A DNA stretch of 60,055 nucleotides, filler included, from Catajapyx aquilonaris (lineage: Eukaryota): NCBI GenBank assembly GCA_000934665.2. It is 2 parts of 2 records of this genome, joined end to end, with 100 filler letters (N's around TTAATTAATTAA, not from the genome) between each part and the next. Parts side by side here need not be neighbours in the genome. Positions count along the whole stretch, not along the records: positions 1 to 29,982 come from JYFJ02004706.1; 1 more part is not named here. One strand, written 5' to 3'. Below are positions 12,801 through 27,119 of the stretch, piece after piece; position 1 is the first letter of the stretch, and every line of letters starts with the position of its first letter. The notes under the pieces are model-generated. The model was not told the origin of the DNA and searched no databases. It saw nothing but the letters and a program-made list of their open reading frames with translations. The position numbers and the translations under genes were made by a program.

Positions 12801-15800
12801 CCATTTTGCAGTCACCGGAGAGAATGATCGATAAGCGAAACCTGAGTCAGCTGATGAACGTTTTTTAAAACAAGTCGAGAGTTTGTTTTCACTTTCGGTG
12901 CGGCTCTGTTTATACTTCCTGGGGGCTTCGGGTTTACCTAAATCGTTTCATTACATTCCGACAAGAGGTTCAGGTCGAGTGAAAACGGTCTTGGAAACGA
13001 ATTTACATGCCTTTGTCGGTCGCTCTCAGTCATTTTCAAATCTATTTCTCACACAGTGTGTATAGCCTTGGAGCCATATTCCCACATATCAATATCGCAC
13101 AAATATATATTTAACAATGATGGTTACGGAGGAATGTATGAAATGCGTGCAATTTTGATTTTCGTAAATGGAACTAGCACTTGGAAGATGAATATGTCTG
13201 ACACTGGCATCGTCGCAGATGTGAGCAAAATTTGAAACGTCGCTTTGCAAACCAGTGCTTGGCACCGCCATCTGATATATTTCTGCAAATTCCCCTGGAG
13301 GAATAGCGCGGACTGGATGCAAGCCAGAAAGTACATTACTACTAAGGCTATGAAAGGCTCGAAAGCGCTATACTTGGTGCCCTCCAGAGATTTCGCCTTG
13401 ATATACTCAATTACATAAGCCCATTCCAGATGTGGAATACCTGAAATTACAGGAGCCTTGAAATATTTGAATAAGAAAAGAGGCGGATTTGTCTTTAAAG
13501 TGAGGAAAATATGCGACTTCAACGAAATGTGGAGTTATTGCTCGAGCCATTACTTCTCCTTATTCTGTTCCTGACTGCAGATTCTGGGGGTCTTTGAAGG
13601 AGCAATCGAGTTCTGCACCAGACAAATTGCTTCTAGAAAGCGATTGGTCAAAAAAATAAGATCTTTCTCCTCCTGCCTGCTTTATTCCCCTTGTTTCTAC
13701 TGTTTTCTTTCTTCGACATGGCCAACACAGCCGGAAGCGAACGGATGACGTGGGCTCACTTAACTTGTTTGGTGTTTTGAGATGAGATCAGGAAGTTGGT
13801 TCTTCAGGGGATTTGAAACGGCCCAGAGCGGAGCTAAGTTTTGCAACCGATTGGAAGATACACTTTAAGTCTCATAGTGTTGTAGTCGAACTTTTTTTCC
13901 GATTTATTACTCCCATTACTTAAGGTCGCCTACTCGAACCTGAACACTTTACAGTTAACTGATGCTGGGAATACAAAAGGGCAATGAAATAATCCTGTCC
14001 ATTCAGCCTGGAAAATACTTAAAATAATCAGAATATTAATAAGTTACTGCATTATTTTACAATACATTCACACTCGATGACATTTTGTGAATATTGTACG
14101 AATTTGTTAGTTCATTGACCAACTTGATTTGCAAATCAATAAAAGCAATATTCTACCCTGCATTTCTTTAGTTATGCCCTAGTGCACACAACAGATTGCA
14201 ACTTTGCAACAGGAAATGAAGTCCTTGAAAACTTCTATTGTGTGCAAGCAAATGCATTACTAAAATTGAACACGCTTGAAGAGGAGGGGGAAAATTCTGT
14301 CCCGTTTCACTGGCACAGCACTGCATTTTTGTTGATGCGTGACCGACATCAGTAACTTCTGTTAAAAAATTGTCATGTCCGCCACCGAACCTGATCAGAG
14401 CCGAATTTTCCAACAAGACCATCAAAAAATCTGCATATTGAGCTGTCCCAAAAATGTGTCAAATCGTGACAAAAAATGGAAATGAAGCAAGTAATTTTTG
14501 CGACAATTTGGACGTGTTCGAGGTATGAAATATTTTGCGATGAAAAGCTGTAAAATTGCACAGGGTGCGTCAGCAACTACTTACATCCAGTGTGCACTGA
14601 ATTCTCAATAATTTCGACTTTGGTAAATTCGTCAGGCCTTTATCAACTCAACTATTAATTTTCCATTTCGACACTTGAAAATGTTGTAAAACCCTTACTT
14701 TCCTTGATGGCTCCTTGAGTCACCAGCGATAGTTATTTGCTTTACCAGTCCCCTGGAGTTATAGGACGTGGAGAGTGGGGGTGTAATACCACTAGTTGGC
14801 TCTAGGATTGGATTTGATTCGGCCATTAAGGGAGCCGGGAATAAATTCCGAGCACTGGCTGCGACGCATTTGGCAGTCTGGCAGCATAACGCGGCGCAAA
14901 CCTACTATAAAACCGGTTGGACGATACGACGGATTAGTGCTATTAAAATGTTTGCTGTGGGAATATGCAAACTCTGCCCGGTTTGGGTTGTAAACCCGTT
15001 TTTTTTTGCCAATCTGCGCTATGGTTTGGTTGCGATTAGAACATATACAGCGTGGAAAGAATAACAAAAATGTAGGGCCGACATCCACGTTGCTAACTGA
15101 ACGAGGTGAGTCAAAAAACATTCCGAAAACATGAAAAATGATTTCCGGCACAGTCTAACATTAATATGCTTCCGTCATGTCGTTCCGGTGGAGGGATGTA
15201 GATGTCATATTTGCCTGCTTTTGCGCCCTATAAATAAATATTGTTACATGGAACTTGTTGGACTATGACCCAAATTGGCAAATAGTATTGGCTTCTGCCC
15301 AGAAATTCCATTGGCTGAATACTTGTAAGAGCATAGTTCACTTTACAGTAACATGCCCTCGGGCATTGTACGTACTTTCTCTACTCCACATAGCGAATGA
15401 CTGCTCGAATGCAGACCGCGTTCACGTGTGCAGTTGGGCTTCTTATTTGGAAATGAGCATTGCCAGCTGCAAGCCAATTACGTCGAAGCTCCCCTCTAAG
15501 TACGGTGCACACAAAAAGTTTAAACAGCGATTGACTATTTGCTGGAACAAACTCTGAAAAGCTCTTCAGCATCATTTTATTGACATCCTGAGCAATTATC
15601 AACCGAGCGCGCGTTGTGCAAACCTCCAGCTCCTTTTGCTTGCAAACTAACTCCTAGAAGAGACTTAATTGACGGCGTAATTGTGAATCCGACGGGGTAA
15701 TAAACATGCATCAAGACAATGCCAATTGAAAGGAAATGAAAGGATGATCCGCAATAATGGTGACTGGTTAGCTATTGTCCAATGCTTTTCAATTATTCAG

Positions 15801-18800
15801 AAATGTACAGCACTGCAATATTAATCAGTCCCCCAGCAGTGTTTATGAGGCCCCAATTGGAGTCTGTTGCGCATTTTTCATCGATTATGCGAAGCGCGTC
15901 CGATATTTCAGGAATGGAAAAGAAGCGGTCCCCTTAAAACACGGGTATTGTTGCCATGTGGTATAAGAAAATGGCCGTTAACAGGGAGAGGCTTCATACC
16001 AACATTCCTGGCCTACTTTGTGTCGGAGGAATCTTGCTCTAAAAATATTTTCTACCCACCAAAGCAAGTGGCATATGTGTGGAGAGAACGCTGTGCCGTT
16101 ATGCTCATTTGAAAATGCATAATCTCTTTATAAAAATTGCAATGTGGGGATTCAGTGTTGTTCAAAAAGCAATAAGTCGATGGAAGGCTGACGTGTGCAT
16201 TATCCGGTCAATTAAAAAGATTAGGATTGCGGCATATAGCATGACGTGAAAAGGCCAGGTTAATATCTTATATGTTAGAGCTAATAGGTTAGAGCTATAG
16301 GTTAGAGCTAATCTCTCTAATCAGTATGTATCTGACTCATTTTGCGGGGCTTTTAGCGCTGAAAACACGCAATATTTTCAGGCACGTAATTAAAAACGCG
16401 GGTACAGTATTAACTCCATACATTGTGGACTAGCGTTAATGAAAAGCATGTCTGAACGAACGTGACATGTTGGGTACAGTACATGCATGGTAATTATTCG
16501 CACTGTTTACAAATTTGAGTATGACGTCAGACCCGCAAAATCCCCGCGGTGCAATTACGCTTTTCGCAGAAAATGTCCATTACTCGTGTTGCGAAATCTT
16601 CCCAAGTTTTATGGCGAGAAATGAAACCTAGAGTCGGGTTGAAAATAGCTCTGCATAATATTCGCATATAGATAATTTGAACCACACTACGCTGTGAGTT
16701 AAAAAGTTTTTCGCTTTATTGCAGAAGTGAAGTCATAACAGCTTGATTTATACACGGGCATTACGCGTTTAACATTGAAGATAAATTTTGCAATGGACGC
16801 GTGATATTGCGCTTTTATCCGTCGTTTTGTGCCAGCAATTTTTCAATGCCAGGGGTATAAATCCTGCTTGAATTGCGTCTCATTAAGAACTGGATCAAAC
16901 AGTCCTATAACATTGTTCGAAACATTTCCACATGAGAAATTACACTAATCGAACCCCAGACCTCAAACACTCAAGCAGAAAATATACCTTCAGTTACCAG
17001 TTCGATCAGGCATAAATTCGTCTTGAAAATCGACGTACATTGTCGCCAAAAAAAAGAAGCGGCAATTTGCAAGTAAAATCACATCATTATGAACAGTTCA
17101 GTTAACATTAGAACAAGCCTATACATTCTTTGAACCGGTTCGATTTTAGGCAAGAATGGATCCCCTCCGACAGGATTCGATTACTTTGTCAGCTTTGCAA
17201 GCCTAATACCTGTAATCTGATTTGTGTGCATGACAGTGTGGTGGAGTGAAATTCAATTTGGTCGTCTTTGCCAAAATTCCTGCCTGCTTCCGATTCCGCG
17301 AGTGGCGCTCGATTTGCAATGTGTGTCGTTTGCCTTTAAATGGCACGACGGTTCTGATTACACTGCGATTGTCGTATACCGTTCAGATATTTTGGAGATG
17401 TCTCTGAAACCAACTTTGGCGGAAAGAGATATGAGCGATCGATCCTCCCTTTTTAAAGCGAAATTGCGAAAACTTGGCGCTCAAAATTGTGCATTTTTGC
17501 AGTGAACTGACCTTGCCAAGAAGTGTTCTGGTGCATATTTTATTGCTAACCTTCAACTGAGCGGAATATGTGGGCGACTGTACAGTAGTTTGCAACAAGT
17601 TTCATTCAAGATTCAAAGCGACTGATGTGAACGTAACATTAGGCGAATGAATGCTGTGCAAGTGACTCAGGTGGCCCATGTGAAGATTTTTTGCTGTAAA
17701 CATTTGTAATTGCTCTCTCTCCAGGGGAAAGCCTTTGTGCTGCACTTTCATACTTTAATAGGTTAAAAATTGGATTGCTGCAGGGAGCAGCTTTAATCCG
17801 GCGCCATTAAGCAAACAAGAGCCACCCAGAAGTTCATTTCGGGAAAGTAACGAACAGGCTACAATAATACTGCATATTTTTCCGGCCATTTTTTGCAAGT
17901 TAAAAATGTTGTAACTTTTAAAGGCAGATCTAGACATAATACCAGCAATTTTTTTAAAGCTAAACTCCTGGTTTATACAGTTGATTAGACTGGTTTTAAA
18001 TAATACCAGTTAAACTGAAATTGCAAAAAATGTGAACATTTACGTTGCATCATTGTTGTATTGTCAGCAAACTTGCCAATTTTTTGCAGAGAATGGTTTT
18101 CAAATTGCCACTTACCTAATGAAAATGTACTTTGCAATATTAGCCCACGGGAGAAATTGCGTTTTAATATCTCAGGGGCCAGAAGGAGAAAACTGGAGGC
18201 ACGTTACACAGCACGGCAGAAGACGGTTGTAAAGAAATTGATATCCAACGCCAGGTGATTTACGAACCGTTTCCTAGGCAGTACGGGCCCAAAACTCAGA
18301 AACACGTTTCCCCCGCTTTTGCAGAAAAATTGCACAACATTTGAATGCCCCAATAGAACAGTGGCTGAAGACCAGAGGGCATAAAACTTGTTTTTTTTAA
18401 AAAAACCTGCATTAAATTTTTTGTTATTTCATTCTCTCAATGGTTCGGTGGTCTTCTAACTCGTTGTTTCCGAGTCAAACGGACATCGAAATTATTCGAA
18501 TCGACCAGGGAACAAATCTGGAGACACCCAGCAGCAGCACATTACCCTCAGGTTCCCAGTGTTTCGATTGGTCCGCAGCTAAGCACCCCCCTGGATTACT
18601 TCACTTCCATTCCGGTCCAGGCAGCTTCCAGGAGCCACCAGAATCCAGTTAAGCCTGACCTGGAAACTCGGGACAAAAAAAAATCCCTCTTTCCTGTATC
18701 CCCCCTATACATTAAAAGGGGACAGCAGCAAAAGAGGAGCCAACCAGTGGACACACTGAAAGAGAGAAAAAATAGTGAGAGAGACCTAAGGGCGACAAAA

Positions 18801-19019
18801 CGAAATGATCCGGACCTCCCAGAGTTTCTGTCGCCACTTCTTGCGGGCGTCTACTAATCGATAGAACCCGGGGAGGAAGTAGCTAGGGTCGGATCAAATT
18901 TGTCACCGTGTGGCGGTTCTAAACTCCAGGCTCCGGGTGCAGTCAAATGGGTCCAGATGAATATTAAACGTCCCCAGGGCTGACACTCCTTAAATCTCTC
19001 AGGAGACGGGCAGTTTTCA

Positions 19020-19545
19020 GAGCTCTCATTTTTTGTCCTCTATTACCTTACAATTTGCGTTTTAAGAAAGTATATTTCGGTTCATTTTTCGCGAGTTTCG
19101 GTTCGTTTGGGATTTTTAGCCAATTTCAGTTCGATCTACCTTTGTCGATTAATTTGTTTCCCTCGTCGTTTCTTCCGTTTTCTTCAGTTTTTTTCTCGCT
19201 CTTTTAATAAGGTGTATTTCGTTTTTCAATTGTTGCTGTTCGTTCCGTTACTCGTTTATTTCAGTTCGATTTATTTTTGTCGGCTATAATTTGTTTCTTA
19301 TATACGTAGTTTTTTTTCTTCGTTTTTCTCAGTTTCTTCCTTGCTCTTCTAATAAGTCGTCGTTTCGTTCTTCGGAAGATAATATTGATGTTGGTTTCTT
19401 TTTTCGTTTTTTTCGGTTTGTTTGTGATTTTTTGTTCTAATTTCGGTTAGATCCTTTTCCCGTTTTTTCGTCATTTTTCAATTTTACATTTTTTTCTTCT
19501 TTTTTCTTCTTCTAAGACCATGCTTCTTACTCTTCTAATAAGTTG
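19020..19545. repeat. T-rich strand-asymmetric tract with ~140-bp degenerate direct repeats
   Basis: TCAGTTCGAT...TTTGTCG...TAATTTGTTTC...CTCTT(T/C)TAATAAG units at ~19126 and ~19260; the unit end recurs at ~19530. Confidence 0.55.
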
Positions 19546-22500
19546 TCAAAAAGGTTGGTTCAGCTGAAAATAGTGTCGAGGAGGGATTTCCGGATGAGCG
19601 AAGTGGATTTTCTCCTGGATGGACGCAGCCTGGAGACAGATCTGATGCTGGGTTTCTTCTGCGATTACGTAACGCCTTGCCTTTATGACATGGGATTAGC
19701 CGTGGCGACGTTCCTGTTGGAGCACTTTATTAGGTGCTTCCAACTCTTCCAAGGGCGAGGCGATTTTGCGCCTGGTTACACGCAACCCTGTAGTTCACAA
19801 GAGGAGTTTGGGTTAGCTGGTCGTAAGGATAGAACAAAATAAGACCGTTTCTACAGTACCAGCATCAATGTTCCAGCCTATTGATTAGCGGGGACTGGAG
19901 CTCGGGAGAAAGAGATTACAATAGTTACGAGAGTTTTGAATTGTGGAGTCGTAAAAGACACGATGTACCGCGCATAACTTATCCTGAGTCTGCTGGAATG
20001 ATAACGGGGTTATGGGCTTTTGCAAAGTAGAACTTTTGGCACATTCCTTATGCGGATTTAAGCCAATGGAGGTGAAATATCGTGTCTTCTCGCTTATTAT
20101 TTGCGACCTGAACTATCGTTCACTTTGGCGGGGACCAGTGTATAATTTTCCGAAAATATCATTACCAAAGGCATACAGGTGTGCGATTCCAATATTGGAA
20201 TGGTTATGATGTATAATGGCAGTAATGAAGATTCGACCTTGACCTTCGAGGAGATGTACAGAAAAAAGGTTTTTGCTCCCTGAACTCGTTCTCTCTGGCC
20301 CTTATCGTCCTTGTCATCTATAGACATTCTGACAGGCCATCACACTACGATTGGGCAAATCGTCTCAAGAAATCCGGCTCATCGCCCGACGTTCAGCCTT
20401 AAAACCAAGACATTTATTACACAACTTTAGATAAACATTGGTCCTGTCACTAGGACAACATTGTACGAGTTACTTCATCATAAAAGTTTACTACAAGTCT
20501 GAAAATTGTCTAAACTTTTGGCAACACTCACATATTCTGGTTGGAGAGGACAATGACTGCGGACTATCCATTTTGGACCGCGATCCAACTTCGGGAAAAG
20601 TTATACGACTTTTATGCCAGAGTGAGAGCAGCTCAGAGCCTTTAACGTTCAAAACTATTTTCAGCCACAGGACCATTAAGACCATTTTTCTCTCTTAAGC
20701 ATACTATACCTCACTGCGTAGTAAGTGGATTTGGAGCTTTTTTCTTGGTTGTTCACAACTACGCCAGAGCTACTTTTTATTATATCCCTAAAAATGTAAG
20801 CTTCTTGTTTGCTCACTTGGACACGTCAATCCGGACGATTCCAATTCCGGTCTTCGTTTCTACGAAAAGCTAGAGATTAGGAATGTCAGTCAGGATTTTG
20901 AGACTCATATAGTCACAAAATGACAAACACTTCAACCCAAAAGGAGATCTAGGTTCCTTCTGGCGTTCTGGCCAAACAGTTCCTGATAAGCTTTGAGGAC
21001 AATGCACTGTATATTCCCGCAGGAGGACACTGTTATCAGTTTATCGACTCCGACTGTGACGGAATTCTAGAGAGAGAAAAATCCTATCCTATGGGCATGC
21101 ACCAAAAGTTAGGATCCGAATTGTGTTCCTGTAGAAGCACCATTGTCTGAAATCTCTGCTTTACTTTCGCCTCTATCTGGTGAGCCGGCGGAGAAAAGTC
21201 TGGACCAAATGCAGGAAGCGTTATCGACATTTTTTTTGTCTTCATGGGGGGCGGAATTTCAAGCCGAAGATCCGAGATAAGAGAGAGAGAGAGGAGGACA
21301 ACCCTTGAAGTCAGTGCAGGTCCTTTTTGGACAAGGTGCAGAAGTCGATGGCACGTCAAACGGGGCGCAATAACACGCTGCTGACTTAATTACGTCTTGG
21401 GCCAAAAGGAGCAATTAGCTTTGAAGGCAGCCTGTGTTCTGGCTAAGGAGCCACTGCCACATTCTCAGAGAGATCCTAATGCTTTCCATGGCAACTATGT
21501 AGTACGCTTTAATATGAATAGCGCCCTCACTGCAACACTGTACGACACGGTGCAGAAAATTAAATCTAAATTAAATACAGAAATGAACCAAATTAATTAA
21601 TGAGATTATTTCTAACGATGTCAGGATTCTGAGAGATCCTCCTGAGTGGTCAGAAATTAGCTGCGTTTATTCTGAAGGAACACCCTGTAATTGCCGTACA
21701 GTGCGTGTGCTAATCAGGGCGGGTTAAAGCGATATTTTCCGGGCAGCTTGCTTGCTCTGTACGTGAGAGATTGCACAATGAGCGACGTACGAAACCTCCA
21801 GGGCCATTTTTGCAAATGAATTGACCTTGTCACAGCGCCTGCATCGCTTATTGTGTCTGACGTGAATATGCATCAAGTATGTCCCCTCCTCCCCAAGCCT
21901 CAAAACGTTTTGCGGACGTCAGAGCTACGACTGCAACTGATGCCAAAAACCAGTCGGGGAGATGAACAGGGTTATAATCATTAAGCCCAGGTGGAGCTTT
22001 CAGGGTAATTGGCACTTGACATCTGAAGAGAAGGTGAAGTTTGCTAGAAAACCGCGGGTTTACTTCGTGCCAATATTTTTTGGCAAGAGATCGGATTCAT
22101 ATTAATCATATCAGAATTGCAAATGCTAGATATTCTCTTATTAAATGTAGTGAAATAAAAATTATATAAATAAATCAAATAAAAATTACCTAATAAATCC
22201 AAAATCAAAATATATGCTGCATAAATAAATGAAGATATATAACTTAATATGAACATATGGTTACTCTATAATATATTTATTTGAATTAAATAAGCCCAGT
22301 AAATTATTACTGTTATGGAATGATAAATAAATAAATAAATAAACAAACAAACTATAAATAAATAAATGTGCTAAGCTTTTAAGATAAAATAATATTTTGA
22401 AATTCGAAATCACTTCTGGGTAATATTTCAAGTGGAGAGAAGGAGTACAAACACCATACAAAATAACTGATTTATTTGAAACGTACAGTAAGGAAGTTAA

Positions 22501-23489
22501 TACACTCCAGTGTATATTAGAGAATATTACCAGACATTTAACGAACAATTTATTGACGTCGCTACTTTAATACCGATAACTCTCGCATTGAATTTCAAAG
22601 CAGGTTGACGTGTTATTAAAACAGATTTAATGCCCCTCATTGGCAGACATGTAGCTTTAACGTCAGGAGGCAAGAGGTCCGTGAAATTCGCTTATAATAT
22701 TAACCGAGGCTCATTCACTGTACACCTAAACATCCAACCATTCAAGAAACCAAGTTATTGGCTATAACTTGAGCGCCTTAGTGACCGCCAACCTCATCAT
22801 TATTCCTGGTTACCTTAATCCCCCGATTCCTCCGCCCCCAAAATGAGATTCAAACCTCCATTGTTTACTTTCAATTTAGGTGGCATAGGTGCCAGCCATA
22901 ATGTACCATTGGCTTATGAATAGATCGCCCGCGCAGGAAGCTGATGGCCCAACCCTCTTGAAGGTAAACAACCTGCCAGGAGAAACCTTTTCCCAAAATA
23001 AACAAGCGCGGTTATGCAATACATATTGGATATTGGGAGAGGACACATTATTTTGCGAGGCGAGAATGAGCTGTCCGGCGCATAATGGCAGCCCCCCTTG
23101 ACGTATGGGACCACTCGGGTCTATCTCCGCCTTTGGAAGGGTCTCTTGACAACTAGTTTCTATTCAGTCTACGAAGCTGGGAAAAAACCGAAATGAAAAG
23201 GCTCTAGGAGGTTGGATGTGGTTTGGAGAAGGGGGCAAGGGGCAGGACTGATGTCGACCATAACAAGTGGGCCTAACCCTCAGGAGTATCCAGGGCTCTA
23301 GAAGAGCCTTTTGTCAATTATCCAGTGGGGCTTTAATTATGCATGCTTTTGAAGGCGCAATTATAATTGCAAAACATGGTCGAGTGTGCAAGAACGGGAA
23401 GTTGGCAGGGATTAGCCCGGGTGTGATGATCCTTTCAATATTATTGGATTGAAGAGGTTAAATACATGAGTGCAGAGGACTTCTCTCAA

Positions 23490-23660
23490 AATTTATTTAC
23501 AAACAAACACACAAACAAACAAACGGGATTCCGAAACCACAACACTTTTTATCAGCTCCCAGGTCCTGGCACTGTTAAAAATGTGAGGTCGTGGAGCCGG
23601 GATCCAGAAAAAAGTGTTGTGGTTTCGGACTATTACGTATATGGTTCCGAGTTACGTTAA
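23490..23660. mobile_element. DINE-1/HINE-like (Helentron-associated) non-autonomous element fragment
   Basis: (ACAA)n microsatellite followed by a perfect 20-bp inverted repeat CCGAAACCACAACACTTTTT (23531-23550 and 23609-23628). Confidence 0.4.
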
Positions 23661-26600
23661 ACTTTGTGTAAGTCAGAGCCTTTCTGTAATAATTTTGACT
23701 AACTCTAATATTCTCTCATGGTGCCAACAAAAACAGTACCGATTTCATACACATGGGCGGATATTGATTGCGCTTGCTTCATAAAATAATCCCATGTGAT
23801 TTGACTAACATATTGTGCCCGACCTCAGATTACTTCCGACCAACCCGGCGGTTTGTCATGCGTATTGACATGGCCGGATTTTGCGGATATGAATGCAACT
23901 GATTGACAAGTTTTTTTTGTGGATCCGGATTCCAGCTCCGGGAGAGAGAGAGAGCAGAGAGAGATAGCTACAGTATAGGGTGGGCCTTGAAACGCTTCAA
24001 AACTGTCCAATTTTACAGTACCCATGGGAACAGGGCTCTCCCTCGACGACCTCGTACTCAATGGAATGTCTGAGTGATTTATTGCGTACCACATTCAAGG
24101 AGCCAGACTTTGACGAGACACAATATTTTGAGACGTAGGCTACTTGCATTTGCGTCACTGGGCTTAGATTGCTTTCTGATAAAATGCTTGGAATTAATGT
24201 TATTATTTTTGAACTGAAATTACTGCTAATGATAAGTTACCTCGTCACTAAAGTGCTGCTTGGCTACAAATTTGCATACAAAAAAGTTATTTTACAAAAT
24301 AATCGACCTTACTTTAGAGGCAGGCTAATGTTAGGAAGAGCAACAGAGCAAATGAGGCAAATGAACCACTTCGGCGGAATAATTAGAGAGTTTTATTTAT
24401 TCAATCTGGAATGACGATTCGGTGAACAGTCTGCATATTTATGCTGAAGCATCTGGATGGGCTGGAAAAACTTGGAGCGGAATTTAAAATGATGTCATTA
24501 TTAGATCCGGAGCGAACTTGGCTGGAAGCTGAAAAACAATAGGCCCGAATCGCAAGAGAGAGTTTAGACGTAAATGGAGCTTGCAATTAGAATTGGTAAT
24601 AGACACGCTCAAATTAATAAACGGGAACGCTGAAGTGGGTTTGTTTGCCCGGAATTAATTGCATCATTTTATTCAATAAGACGTGTATACATACCTCTAA
24701 TGTTACAAACTTATTGTGTTTCAGTTATCGAAAGTTCTGTCGATATTTATTGCTTCTGATGTGTAGTAATTGGATGTATAGTGGGTACTGATTAATGATG
24801 TAAATATTTGTGTAAATACACACTCACTTAAAAAAAATCATGCCCTTTTTTAAATAAGCTTGATCACAGTACGTGCATTTCCCGAGGGAAATTTCAGAAG
24901 GCAAAAATGATGTAATGGCCAGCATGATAAATCGCATGTAATCACCCGAAAATCGATGTCCCCGTCACGTTACCTCTCCAAGTCTCCCCTCCCCCCGACC
25001 TACACCAGCCAGATCCAATCCACTTGTTGAAGTTCACAACTTGTTGCCATGCTTGCCTCACTGCAAAGGGTGTGAACTATTTTCCCTGGGCATAGTGATG
25101 CAATTCATCAAGCAGAGTCGGCCATCACTCCTTGCTTTCCCAACATGAGGGCGATCCATTAACCAAATCGTGGGCACGTCTTTGACTTTGTTTTGCAACC
25201 GTGATATGTAATGGTGGTGTCTCACACAAAGTGCCTCTAGCCTTTGCCGTCACCGTCGTTTGTCACGGCCAAGGAATGCCGTCCAGGGAGAGATATGCGC
25301 CAACAAAATAAGCCGCGCAAGAGTCATTAGAGCTTCGAAGGGACGTTCTAAGCTCCCCCAGAAAAGCATCGTCATTGTTCGGATTAATGCCCATTAGGGG
25401 GACCGTCATTAGAGAACGTCTTTAATCACCTGAGAGATGAACAGCGCATGGAGTTTAAGAAAAAGGTCGCTTAAATTGAGTTAGATGCTTCTTGTAGTAC
25501 AGTACTTATAGCAGTCCATTGCTCACATGAAAACTAGCGTTGACAGTGGTGAAGCCGCGACTGGTTGCAATTAGCCTACGACTAACAATGGGAAGGGACG
25601 GGAGAATTTTTAATATGTCAGGGAACAGTGTGCTGCATTGACGTTGCCTTCTCTCTAGGGGGAAGAGAGCTCCAGCAATAATGAGACGGTGTGCGGTTAA
25701 TTTCTGGTGCAATCGTTGGGGGTGCGGACATGCTGTCCCGGAGAACGGACAGTTTTTTCTGGATTAATGTGGCGCTAATTCGACTCGAAACACGCGAGTG
25801 AAGCAACACCGTTGGAATGTTTCATCCGGCCAGTTTCAGTGGTCCGGACAGTTTTCCGGATGAGGGCAAGTGTCATATCGTCAGAGGCTCAGTGGCGAAA
25901 ATTCGGATCGTAGAAATCTGCAGTTTAATAATTTAATGGCATTGCATTAGCAGCATTTTGGACCCCATTCAAAGATCAATTGTTGGCAAATCAGGGTTCA
26001 ATTCATGCAATGCATGACAAACGGACCGCTACACTCCGGATGAAAATTGGTGACAAACCAATCGAATGATTGCGTTTCAATCTCCATTCGCCGGATGGAC
26101 CAATATTGCGGTGCTGCTTATTAGTTGTTGCCAACTCGAGGTGATTATATATGGTAAAAGTGACGTTGGTTGCCAAGCTTGAATTCGTGAAGGTCAGCAC
26201 CACCTCAGATATAGGATTTCTCTGATTGATATCGAGCCTGAATGATTTATGCCGTTATTTCATCGCAAACTGATGAGGTGGCTAATATAAATATGGAGAG
26301 CTAGGGATGTTCGTGTTTTAGTATATTTGTGTATATGGCAAGGTTGGCGAGGATATTGCATGGCTCTGCTGTTTCTAAAGTAAAGAGCAACTTCCTTTAC
26401 ACTTCATCCCTATAAAAAGTAGTAACTTCGTGTGTACGTTTGTCCGGGCTGTCTAACCCATATCCAGATTACATAGAGAGCTATAAGTTGGCATACCGAT
26501 AGCTGAGGCGCCGCGAAGTACTACAAAAGCCTGAAACCCACAAATGATTGGTAATTGGAAGATTTATTGGCCAATTTCCATCCTGTAGTGGTGGCTGTCG

Positions 26601-26892
26601 AGCAGTATCTGAGGGAACCAATATTCTTGACCTGGTCGTGACCCTCGGATATCGAAACATACATCTGGTAATAAGGAACATCGATGTGGCTAAGGGCAAC
26701 TACGCAAAAGTAACTGCTTCAACGTAATGCTAACAAATATAGCAATACAATGAAGCTGATTGGTTGATTAAGATATTTATTATCATTATTGCGGGTTATT
26801 GAATGGGAATATTTCCCACCGCACCACAGATCATGAAATGTAACTGTCGCTTGAGGTTTGGTCCACTCCTTATGTAGACTGACCCGCTGCTG

Positions 26893-27119
26893 CTCGTCGG
26901 CGGCAATTCTACTGGAAGAATTTTTGCGCCGAATATTTTGATTAATCGATGACAACCCATCGCCAATGGGGTTACCATGCAGGGGTTTGTCACTGATATG
27001 AGCAACTGTTTGTAATTTCACTGTGACTTACTGGCAACTCGCAACCCCATTGGTGGTTGGCTGTCACCATTCACTAAAAATAATCTGCAAAAAAAATTCG
27101 GCGAATTGCCGCAGACGAG
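26893..27119. mobile_element. Degenerate foldback/MITE
   Basis: Outer IR CTCGTCGGCGGCAATTC / GAATTGCCGCAGACGAG; inner IR CCAATGGGGTT / AACCCCATTGG. Confidence 0.5.

Noticed and set aside
12830..12880. Hammerhead ribozyme core (CTGATGA), also at ~35540
   Set aside because: No correctly placed stem II followed by GAAA, and no stems I and III.
15076..15105. 30-nt exon candidate with GTGAGT donor as partner of the 8715 exon
   Set aside because: Poor acceptor and an in-frame TGA in the required phase.
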